Source: a bacterium
GTDB taxonomy: Bacteria > Patescibacteriota > JACMRA01
Length of the DNA: 39,185 nt
Direction: 5' to 3'
NCBI GenBank assembly: GCA_043765655.1
Contig: JAYUIW010000078.1
Span: forward strand, 1 to 39,185
How positions within the stretch are numbered: position 1 is the stretch's first letter; every line of letters starts with the position of its first letter. This document shows positions 16,318 to 22,863 of this stretch, one piece after another. Below the pieces are notes generated by a model. That model worked only from the letters and a program-made list of their open reading frames with translations. It ran no database searches and was not told the DNA's origin. Position numbers and translations under genes: made by a program.

Positions 16318-16656
16318 TTACTCCAAAATTCCGATTATATCTTCTGCATTTACAATTTTGTATATTATTTCAGAGTTAAAACCTTCAATTACCTGTCCGC
16401 TGTTTTGTTGGAGAATTACGATTTGGTTGACTTGGAACTGTTTTAGTAATCCTTGATATTCACCATAACTTGAACCAATTGCTAGAATTTTAGCTTTTTG
16501 ACTTTGGGTCTTAGGGCTACTTGTCAATATAATTCCAGAGCTTGTTGAAGATTGAACTGGTACTAACTCTACTAGAATACGATTACCGACTGGAACTATT
16601 TTGGGCAAAGTATCTGGCATAGTTTTGGAGGAATTTGTAGGTTTTATTTCTGACAT
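16318..16656 (-). CDS. groS: co-chaperonin GroES (Cpn10)
   Basis: KIVPVGNRILVELV...SGIIL, followed by the typical beta-barrel. It may start at the internal Met (MPDTLPK), which gives about 100 aa. Confidence 0.85.
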   Translation of the reverse strand: MSEIKPTNSSKTMPDTLPKIVPVGNRILVELVPVQSSTSSGIILTSSPKTQSQKAKILAIGSSYGEYQGLLKQFQVNQIVILQQNSGQVIEGFNSEIIYKIVNAEDIIGILE

Positions 16657-16711
16657 ATTTTATTTGGTGTTCAAAAAATAATAGTTGGATTTTGGTTTTC
16701 CTACTAGCAAT

Positions 16712-16740
16712 ATTCTATAATCCTTGCTACTTTTTGTCAA
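16712..16740 (-). promoter_or_regulatory. groES promoter
   Basis: TTGACA (16740-16735), 17 nt, TAGAAT (16717-16712). No CIRCE element in the ~50-nt leader. Confidence 0.55.
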
Positions 16741-16776
16741 TTACAATTATGAGTATTTTAGATAAATTAAAGTCTT

Positions 16777-16805
16777 TTGACTGTATGTTAAAAATATGGT
16801 ATAAT
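16777..16805 (+). promoter_or_regulatory. promoter of ORF 16840
   Basis: TTGACT, 17-nt spacer ending TGG, TATAAT (extended -10). Confidence 0.6.
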
Positions 16806-16839
16806 TAGAATGTAATTAATAAATTTAACTATTTTATAT

Positions 16840-17592
16840 ATGTCTCCTGAAGCTTTACCTCCTATCTCAAATTTTGGAATTATAGAAGATTCAGAAATAA
16901 TATTCCCAAGTCCAGCTCAAATATTACTAGAAAATGGTCCAATCGTCAATGATAAAGATATTATTTTTTACCCAGATTCTGACGATGGTTTAACAATCCA
17001 AGGAATACTTCTACGATTAGAATGCATACCTGTATTCAAAAAAATATTTGAAGAGGTGTCCCCTGAAGTTGAAAGATTGGTTACTAATCCAGAATTTATA
17101 ACTTTTACAAAGAATTTAATAAAACAGTATCCAAATCAGCTATCTATAAATAATTATAAAATAAGAAATGGGGGTGGCTTAGAAGAGTTATCTGAAGATT
17201 ATAAAATTCTTTTTGCTCAAGTTTTGGAAGATTTTTTTCGTAAAAATCCACATTTACGTATTTCTAATCACAATAATAATGGTCTGACAGATATGGCATT
17301 TCTTCAACATCGAGCAGGAGTTTTGGAACGATATCTTGATTCTAGAGAAAGTATAAAAACTAACACCCGTGAAGGATTTAGATTTGATGATGAAGGAGTT
17401 ATGGCGGAAGATTTTGTTAAAACTAAAAACCAAATAAATAACAAAGCGTTACAACTATATACTGATTATCTTGATAGAGAACAAGCTCTTAAAAACTCAA
17501 GCCCAAACAGATTCAGAGAAATTTTAAATAAAAAGAACTTGCCACTGCAAAATGTCTTGACAGTTCCAGTAATTCCAAAAAATCAAAGATAG
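16840..17592 (+). CDS. hypothetical soluble protein (250 aa) ending in the ..VPVIPKNQR tail shared with the cassette family
   Basis: Intact ORF with a strong promoter. No TM segment or known domain. The C-terminus NKKNLPLQNVLTVPVIPKNQR resembles KKLNKLPFPVPNIPTNNQR of ORF 19255. Confidence 0.55.
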   Translation: MSPEALPPISNFGIIEDSEIIFPSPAQILLENGPIVNDKDIIFYPDSDDGLTIQGILLRLECIPVFKKIFEEVSPEVERLVTNPEFITFTKNLIKQYPNQLSINNYKIRNGGGLEELSEDYKILFAQVLEDFFRKNPHLRISNHNNNGLTDMAFLQHRAGVLERYLDSRESIKTNTREGFRFDDEGVMAEDFVKTKNQINNKALQLYTDYLDREQALKNSSPNRFREILNKKNLPLQNVLTVPVIPKNQR

Positions 17593-17602
17593 GTCCCTTG
17601 CA

Positions 17603-19033
17603 CTATCTCAAAATATTTTTCATCATCTCAACCTTAGTGGCAACATAATCCACTTTGCCAATGTCAGATCTGTGGAACATCGGACCGTCGATTAATCCAA
17701 TAATATCTTCAACTTTGGCTTCTGCTTCACTAATATCATCACCGACACAACACACCGCAATGGCACGACTTCCTTTGAGCATTATCACTGGTTCCTCACT
17801 CTCATCATCCACATATTCCTCGGATTCGAAGTCACCCACATCAGAATTCACAACTTCGGTTTCATCAACAGACCCGAAGAATATACTTTCCCAATTCTCC
17901 TCAATATCTCCTTCAACGAATAGTCGACTAATATCAATTGCTTCGTTCTTGATAGGTTTGTTAGGATAGCCGATCGGAACTAGATATTTGCAAACTGAAG
18001 CCTTAGGGCTAAATTTAATATTGATAGTGTCCAAAGTCTTATTCGCCATATTCACCAAAATCTCCACAAGATCCGTCTCAAGTAAACTCATCAAATTCTC
18101 ACATTCTGGATCTCCGAATCTGGCATTATATTCAATAAGTTTGACACCATTTCGAGTTTTCATAAATCCGCCATACATTACACCTACGAATCCCACTCCC
18201 TCGCTTTTCATAGCCTCGAAGACCGCCTTGGTAATATTCTCAGCTTCAACTTTGTCATCGTCGTTCAAAAAAGGCAAAAGATGGTTAGAGTCGCTATAAG
18301 TTCCCATTCCTCCAGTATTCGGGCCCTCATCTCCTTCGTATGCCCGCTTGTGATCTTGGATAATAGGCGACAGAAACTGAATATTCTGACCGTCACATAA
18401 AGCAAAATAACTGAATTCTTGTCCTTCCAATTTTTGTTCGATTAAGAAACTTCCTTTGGCATCAATGATTTCCTTACAGAACTTTAGACCTTCCTGAATT
18501 GTCACGAAGTGATCATCTTGAACTTGGACACCTTTGCCACCGCACAATCCATCAGCCTTGATTACGAACTTGGTTCCCATAGTGTTGATAAAATCCTCAA
18601 CTCCATCCATAGTATTGAAGGCTTTGTACATCGGCGAACCATCAATATTATACTTGGTGAGTAAATCTCTAGTAAAAGTCTTAGACCATTCCAGTTTGGC
18701 TTGTTCCTTGGTCGGACTGACAATTCTAATTCCGCTTCTTAGCAATTCATCCCCTACACCAGCTTCACTTGGATTCTCTGGACCAACTAACGCAATGTCA
18801 ATTTTGTTCTCGAGAGCAAAAGCTGTAACCTGAGCAGGTGAATTAATATCTCCGAGTCTAAAGTTCGCCGACTTGAGGAGAATATCAGGATTACGAGTAT
18901 TCCCAAAACAAAAAATTAAAGGTTTATATTTGGAGCGAAAAAGGGACTTAATTATAGCATTCTCACGAGCTCCAGAACCGACGATCAAGATTCTTAGACC
19001 TTTGGTAAGTTGCAAAATATTTTCTGTAGACAT
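17603..19033 (-). CDS. purD: phosphoribosylamine--glycine ligase
   Basis: ILIVGSGARENAI, VGPENPSEAG, VIKADGLCGGKGV, ATP-grasp core, EYNARFGDPE. Carries an acidic insertion near aa 395-420. Confidence 0.9.
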   Translation of the reverse strand: MSTENILQLTKGLRILIVGSGARENAIIKSLFRSKYKPLIFCFGNTRNPDILLKSANFRLGDINSPAQVTAFALENKIDIALVGPENPSEAGVGDELLRSGIRIVSPTKEQAKLEWSKTFTRDLLTKYNIDGSPMYKAFNTMDGVEDFINTMGTKFVIKADGLCGGKGVQVQDDHFVTIQEGLKFCKEIIDAKGSFLIEQKLEGQEFSYFALCDGQNIQFLSPIIQDHKRAYEGDEGPNTGGMGTYSDSNHLLPFLNDDDKVEAENITKAVFEAMKSEGVGFVGVMYGGFMKTRNGVKLIEYNARFGDPECENLMSLLETDLVEILVNMANKTLDTINIKFSPKASVCKYLVPIGYPNKPIKNEAIDISRLFVEGDIEENWESIFFGSVDETEVVNSDVGDFESEEYVDDESEEPVIMLKGSRAIAVCCVGDDISEAEAKVEDIIGLIDGPMFHRSDIGKVDYVATKVEMMKNILR

Positions 19034-19041
19034 ATTCTAGA

Positions 19042-19070
19042 ATTCTATTAATTCTTAGGCTTTTTGTCAA
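19042..19070 (-). promoter_or_regulatory. purD promoter (near-leaderless)
   Basis: TTGACA (19070-19065), 17 nt, TAGAAT (19047-19042), 8 nt before ATG 19033. Confidence 0.6.
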
Positions 19071-19083
19071 CATAAAATTAATT

Positions 19084-19141
19084 TCCCCCCTATTATAAAA
19101 CGGAGCTTAAATTAATTCCCCCTATTAGGGGGTAAGGGGGT
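19084..19141. repeat. GC-rich palindromic element (CCCCCTATTAGGGGG type)
   Basis: TTCCCCCCTATTA ... TTCCCCCTATTAGGGGGTAAGGGGGTACC, with a perfect CCCCC/GGGGG stem at 19118-19132. Confidence 0.45.
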
Positions 19142-19154
19142 ACCAAAATTACCC

Positions 19155-19183
19155 TTGACATTACCCAAAAAGTATGATAGATT
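19155..19183 (+). promoter_or_regulatory. cassette promoter copy 1
   Basis: TTGACA, spacer TTACCCAAAAAGTATGA, TAGATT. Confidence 0.6.
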
Positions 19184-19254
19184 TAAAACAGCTAAAAAAC
19201 TAATTACAGTCAATTCATATCTAAATCATTATAATTACCCAAAATATATTCATT

Positions 19255-19740
19255 ATGTTCACAAAACAAATCAAACAAAATTCCAAGAGATTGGCTAAAG
19301 GGGAGTTGTTTAGAAGTATTGCATTACTAGCAGTTGTTGGAGCGGGCGGTTTTACAGTTAATAAAATTGGTCAACTTAACGAAGAAGTAGGCTACCAAAA
19401 AAGCCTTGTAGAAACTTATCAACAAACTGAAAGAAGGATTCGTCAAGAAAGTGAAGAATTAGAACAACAGCTATTAGTATCTGAGATAAAAAGAATGTTT
19501 CCCGAAGCGTCATATTTAGATATAAAAATAAATAATGAAGAAAGGTATTTAACTGTTGACATAAATGATTCTACAAAAACAAATTCGGAAATTAAAAAAA
19601 TATTAAATAAGCTTATTAACACTGATTCTGTAAATGAAGATTTGAGTAATCCTAAGTTTCAAAGATATATTGTTAAGATTAAAAAATTAAATAAACTACC
19701 TTTTCCTGTTCCAAACATTCCAACTAACAACCAAAGATAA
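19255..19740 (+). CDS. cassette-family protein 1 (161 aa, N-terminal membrane anchor, tail PNIPTNNQR)
   Basis: MFTKQIKQNSK, then hydrophobic IALLAVVGAGGFTV, a coiled-coil-like segment and an alpha/beta region. Paralog of 20399 and 21139. Confidence 0.7.
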   Translation: MFTKQIKQNSKRLAKGELFRSIALLAVVGAGGFTVNKIGQLNEEVGYQKSLVETYQQTERRIRQESEELEQQLLVSEIKRMFPEASYLDIKINNEERYLTVDINDSTKTNSEIKKILNKLINTDSVNEDLSNPKFQRYIVKIKKLNKLPFPVPNIPTNNQR

Positions 19741-19764
19741 ACATTCCAAAGTGATCCATTAATT

Positions 19765-19790
19765 CTCCTATTTAGGAGTTCTTTGCTTGG
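19765..19790 (+). terminator. cassette terminator copy 1
   Basis: CTCCT-ATTT-AGGAG followed by TTCTTTGCTT. The same sequence follows all three paralogs. Confidence 0.55.
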
Positions 19791-19812
19791 TAAATTAATC
19801 CCAAAACTACCC

Positions 19813-19841
19813 TTGACATTACCCAAAAAGTGTAGTAAACT
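19813..19841 (+). promoter_or_regulatory. cassette promoter copy 2 (drives different small ORFs)
   Basis: TTGACA, spacer TTACCCAAAAAGTGTAG, TAAACT. Confidence 0.55.
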
Positions 19842-19928
19842 AAAATTACAAGTTCACCAAAAACAATCAGCAAAGCTAATTCTAGAACTATAACTTAGAA
19901 CTAACCAAAAAAAATAATTTAACAATCA

Positions 19929-20117
19929 ATGGAACAACTTCACCTCCAAGAATTCAAGCAACAATACATTATCAATATCAATATCGACTTTCAAAGCATA
20001 ACTTATAGCGAGTTAAGCGATCAAGACAAGTCAAGAATTCTAGAACTTATCAATCCACCAAAAAAAATCAAGGTTTATATCAGTTGGTTTATTTGGATCG
20101 GGACCAATATGAATTAA
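19929..20117 (+). CDS. small hypothetical ORF (62 aa) with A8 tract; the -1 frame continues to 20191
   Basis: ORF from the track. The A8 run at 20060-20067 forms A_AAA_AAA in the zero frame. The -1 frame is open from there through a TAATG-overlapped 24-codon ORF ending at 20191. Confidence 0.4.
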   Translation: MEQLHLQEFKQQYIININIDFQSITYSELSDQDKSRILELINPPKKIKVYISWFIWIGTNMN

Positions 20118-20296
20118 TGTCAAAATTAGTCGGATCAACTAATATTAATAGGATCAAACCAGACCCAGAATATGTAGAAATTAATTATTAAGCTAAAACC
20201 TAATTAGTATATATTTATTTTTATTCCAAAATTCAAGGTAACGATACCCGATCCCAAAACCTATAAAATCTATACAAAATATTCCCAAAATTACCC

Positions 20297-20325
20297 TTGA
20301 CATTACTCAAAAAGTAGAATATACT
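20297..20325 (+). promoter_or_regulatory. cassette promoter copy 3
   Basis: TTGACA, spacer TTACTCAAAAAGTAGAA, TATACT. Confidence 0.6.
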
Positions 20326-20398
20326 TAAAAAAGCTAAAAAACTAATTCATCAGTCAATTATAGCTAGATTATTACAAATCATACAAAATATATTCATT

Positions 20399-20965
20399 AT
20401 GTTCACAAAACAAATCACACAAAATACAAAACAATACGGAAGTAGAGAGGTAATCAGAAACATTGGAATAGGCACTGCTTTAGTAGGAGGTGGTCTTATG
20501 TTAAATAAAATTGACACTCTTCAAAAAGATTTAAAATCTGAGCGAGATGATTTTGCAAGAACTTTTAATTCATATTTAAAAAGTACAATTGAAAATGATA
20601 CTTTACACTCAGAAAAAACTGAATTAAAACAACAGCTTGTAATTTCAGAAATTCAAAAAGTAATTCCTCAAGCAAGATTAGTGTTTTCTAGAGATAATAT
20701 TCAAGGAATAGGAAGCTCTGTAGAAATCGTACTTCCAAAAGGTGAGTTATCAAAAGATGAAATTCAAACTTTTTTAAACAAAATTGGAGAAGTGTATGGA
20801 AGCGTTGATAACCCAACTACAATTGGTTTTGAAGATGAGTCTAATGTTGCAAGATATGGAAAATTATTAAGTCTTCCTGAAAATAGTAAAGGTGTTGTCT
20901 ATGACAGCTATAAATGTTTTTTTAATATTAAACCAAAAGTAGCTCCATCAATTAACCCAAGATAA
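20399..20965 (+). CDS. cassette-family protein 2 (188 aa, tail APSINPR)
   Basis: MFTKQITQNTK, then hydrophobic IGIGTALVGGGLML. Same architecture as 19255 and 21139. Confidence 0.7.
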   Translation: MFTKQITQNTKQYGSREVIRNIGIGTALVGGGLMLNKIDTLQKDLKSERDDFARTFNSYLKSTIENDTLHSEKTELKQQLVISEIQKVIPQARLVFSRDNIQGIGSSVEIVLPKGELSKDEIQTFLNKIGEVYGSVDNPTTIGFEDESNVARYGKLLSLPENSKGVVYDSYKCFFNIKPKVAPSINPR

Positions 20966-20989
20966 ATATTCCAAAGTTATAACTCAATT

Positions 20990-21010
20990 CTCCTATTTGG
21001 GAGTTTTTTG
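20990..21010 (+). terminator. cassette terminator copy 2
   Basis: CTCC-TATTTG-GGAG followed by TTTTTTG. Confidence 0.55.
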
Positions 21011-21037
21011 CTTGGTAAATTAATCCCAAAACCATCC

Positions 21038-21066
21038 TTGACATTACTCAAAAAGTAGAGTAAACT
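21038..21066 (+). promoter_or_regulatory. cassette promoter copy 4
   Basis: TTGACA, spacer TTACTCAAAAAGTAGAG, TAAACT. Confidence 0.6.
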
Positions 21067-21138
21067 TAAGGTAGCTAAAAAACTAATTACAGTCATTACA
21101 TAGCTAAAATTATTATAATTACCCAAAATATATTCACT

Positions 21139-21765
21139 ATGTTCACAAAACACATCACACAAAATTCCAAGAGATTTGGAGGATTAGAAAAAATTGGCTA
21201 TACAGCACTTGCACTAACAACAGCAGCAGGACTTATTAATATGGACCAACAATTCAAAAAAGATATTGAATCCTTGCAAAACCAAAATCCTACAAAAACT
21301 GAAATGGTTACAACCACCTCTGACACTCATCTACTTTCTGGAGAAGAAAGAGAGTTTAAGGGAATTTCACCAGTACTTAAAAATAGAATGAATGAAATTA
21401 TGAATCAAAACAAAGAAGCAAATTTAGAGAGTTTAAAAAAATTGGTTGAGAATTTATTTCCTGAATCAAAATTAATCACACTTTACTCGGAAACTCCAAA
21501 CTATCCTGGATATTCTTTAGAATTAACTTTTGTTAAAGGTTCTGTAGACGAAAATCAGGTTTTAGAACGCTTAAAAAAAGTTGGAAAAGTTAATTTCCAT
21601 AATAGTGATACAAAAAGTTTTGTAGCCAATGGTGAAGATAAAAATTATAAAGTATTGTTTGAGAATAATAAAGATCAAGTTTATACTACTTATGAATTTA
21701 CAATTATACCTAATTCTGGTAATTTTAAGAAAGCTCCAAGCATTCCAACAAGAAACCCAAGATAA
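21139..21765 (+). CDS. cassette-family protein 3 (208 aa, tail APSIPTRNPR)
   Basis: MFTKHITQNSK, then hydrophobic YTALALTTAAGLI. Same architecture as the other two paralogs. Confidence 0.7.
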   Translation: MFTKHITQNSKRFGGLEKIGYTALALTTAAGLINMDQQFKKDIESLQNQNPTKTEMVTTTSDTHLLSGEEREFKGISPVLKNRMNEIMNQNKEANLESLKKLVENLFPESKLITLYSETPNYPGYSLELTFVKGSVDENQVLERLKKVGKVNFHNSDTKSFVANGEDKNYKVLFENNKDQVYTTYEFTIIPNSGNFKKAPSIPTRNPR

Positions 21766-21789
21766 ACATTCCAAAGTTATCACTCAATT

Positions 21790-21815
21790 CTCCTATTTCA
21801 GGAGTTTTTTGTTTT
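21790..21815 (+). terminator. cassette terminator copy 3 (shared with convergent gene 21826-22512)
   Basis: CTCCT-ATTTC-AGGAG followed by TTTTTTGTTTTG. Confidence 0.55.
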
Positions 21816-21825
21816 GCCCACAGTC

Positions 21826-22512
21826 CTAAAATGATTCTAGATCGATGCTACTAATATTTTTGAGCTTAATGGAATTGGCTGTGTCAGGATTGTAACAACT
21901 ATACATCAAGGCAATTAATTGCTCGGTATTGAGAAGACTAACCTTGAGATCTAGTCCGCCGCCGACCTTGCCCATTACTTCGTCCACACGGTTCATTAGA
22001 GATTTTTTGTTTTGTTGGAATTCATCTTCGCTTTGTTTGATAATTCTAGCTGGGTTCAAGGCTCGCAGGAATATCCCGAAGATACCTTCGCTGAGCTTGG
22101 TAGGTTCATAGCCAACGACAATGTAGAAGTTCCGCTCCATAATATTGGAATCTAGAATAATGTTCTGAATGTAGTCGATGTATTCTTGCATTTTGACTCT
22201 TAGAAGATCATTTTGTTGTGTGTCTAGCAATCCTTTTAATTTAGCAATATACTCATCAAGATTAACCTTGCGGTTTTGTACCAAGATCTGAATTGGGAAG
22301 TCGAGTGAATTGAGAATTCCTTGGAATGTATTGATAATTATTTCTTTTTCTTCTTGGTTCTTGAGGGCGAAGTTGGTACTAGCAACCGCGATTACCGATC
22401 TCATCTGTGATTCACGAAGCACCAGAACATTGTCTCGAATTTCGGAAACTTGGAGGAAATTAAGTGTGGAAAGTGAGGTTTTGTTGCTGACTTTGGTTGA
22501 TTTTGTTGGCAT
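21826..22512 (-). CDS. stand-alone protein resembling the N-terminal (pre-ATPase) region of Gram-positive/CPR VirB4-TraE-type conjugation ATPases
   Basis: LNFLQVSEIRDNVLVLRESQMRSVIAVASTNFALKNQEEKEIIINTFQGILNSLDFPIQILVQNRKVNLDEYI. From memory, this follows the pattern of the N-terminus of Tn916 Orf16 / TcpF-type VirB4 homologues. No Walker A or B motif anywhere in the 228 aa. Confidence 0.35.
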   Translation of the reverse strand: MPTKSTKVSNKTSLSTLNFLQVSEIRDNVLVLRESQMRSVIAVASTNFALKNQEEKEIIINTFQGILNSLDFPIQILVQNRKVNLDEYIAKLKGLLDTQQNDLLRVKMQEYIDYIQNIILDSNIMERNFYIVVGYEPTKLSEGIFGIFLRALNPARIIKQSEDEFQQNKKSLMNRVDEVMGKVGGGLDLKVSLLNTEQLIALMYSCYNPDTANSIKLKNISSIDLESF

Positions 22513-22526
22513 TTTTGGAGATTTAT

Positions 22527-22736
22527 TTATTTTACTAGATTTTTTATTTTAATAGCCTTTTCAAAATGGTCTAATTTATGCTCCATTATCCACCACGTTG
22601 CTATTTCCAGCAATAATTCAGGATTGGTATTCTTGTTCTCAAAAAAAGCATAAAAAGAAAGCCCAACACCATCCCCAGACTTGGCTATTTTGTCACCACA
22701 GACTTTTATTATTTTTAGTTGCATTTGTTTTGTCAT
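22527..22736 (-). CDS. small hypothetical protein (69 aa), probably co-transcribed with 21826-22512
   Basis: ATG ORF ending 14 nt upstream of the next start. No recognisable motif. Confidence 0.35.
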   Translation of the reverse strand: MTKQMQLKIIKVCGDKIAKSGDGVGLSFYAFFENKNTNPELLLEIATWWIMEHKLDHFEKAIKIKNLVK

Positions 22737-22807
22737 CTTTTATTTATGTTTTATTTTTTACCAAAAATGGAATCTGTATCTCTATATTTTGACTTATTTT
22801 ATTTTTT

Positions 22808-22836
22808 TTGACAAGTAAAGTGTTATGGAGTATAAT
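22808..22836 (+). promoter_or_regulatory. promoter of ORF 22864
   Basis: TTGACA (22808-22813), 17 nt, TATAAT (22831-22836). Confidence 0.6.
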
Positions 22837-22863
22837 TGTTAGTATAAAATCAAAAATAAATTT

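Noticed and set aside
19144-21815. The cassette array as a diversity-generating retroelement (TR/VR) or shufflon
   Set aside because: There is no reverse transcriptase, no template/variable repeat pair with adenine-specific mismatches, and no recombinase or inverted-repeat crossover sites. The variation is whole-core divergence between paralogs.
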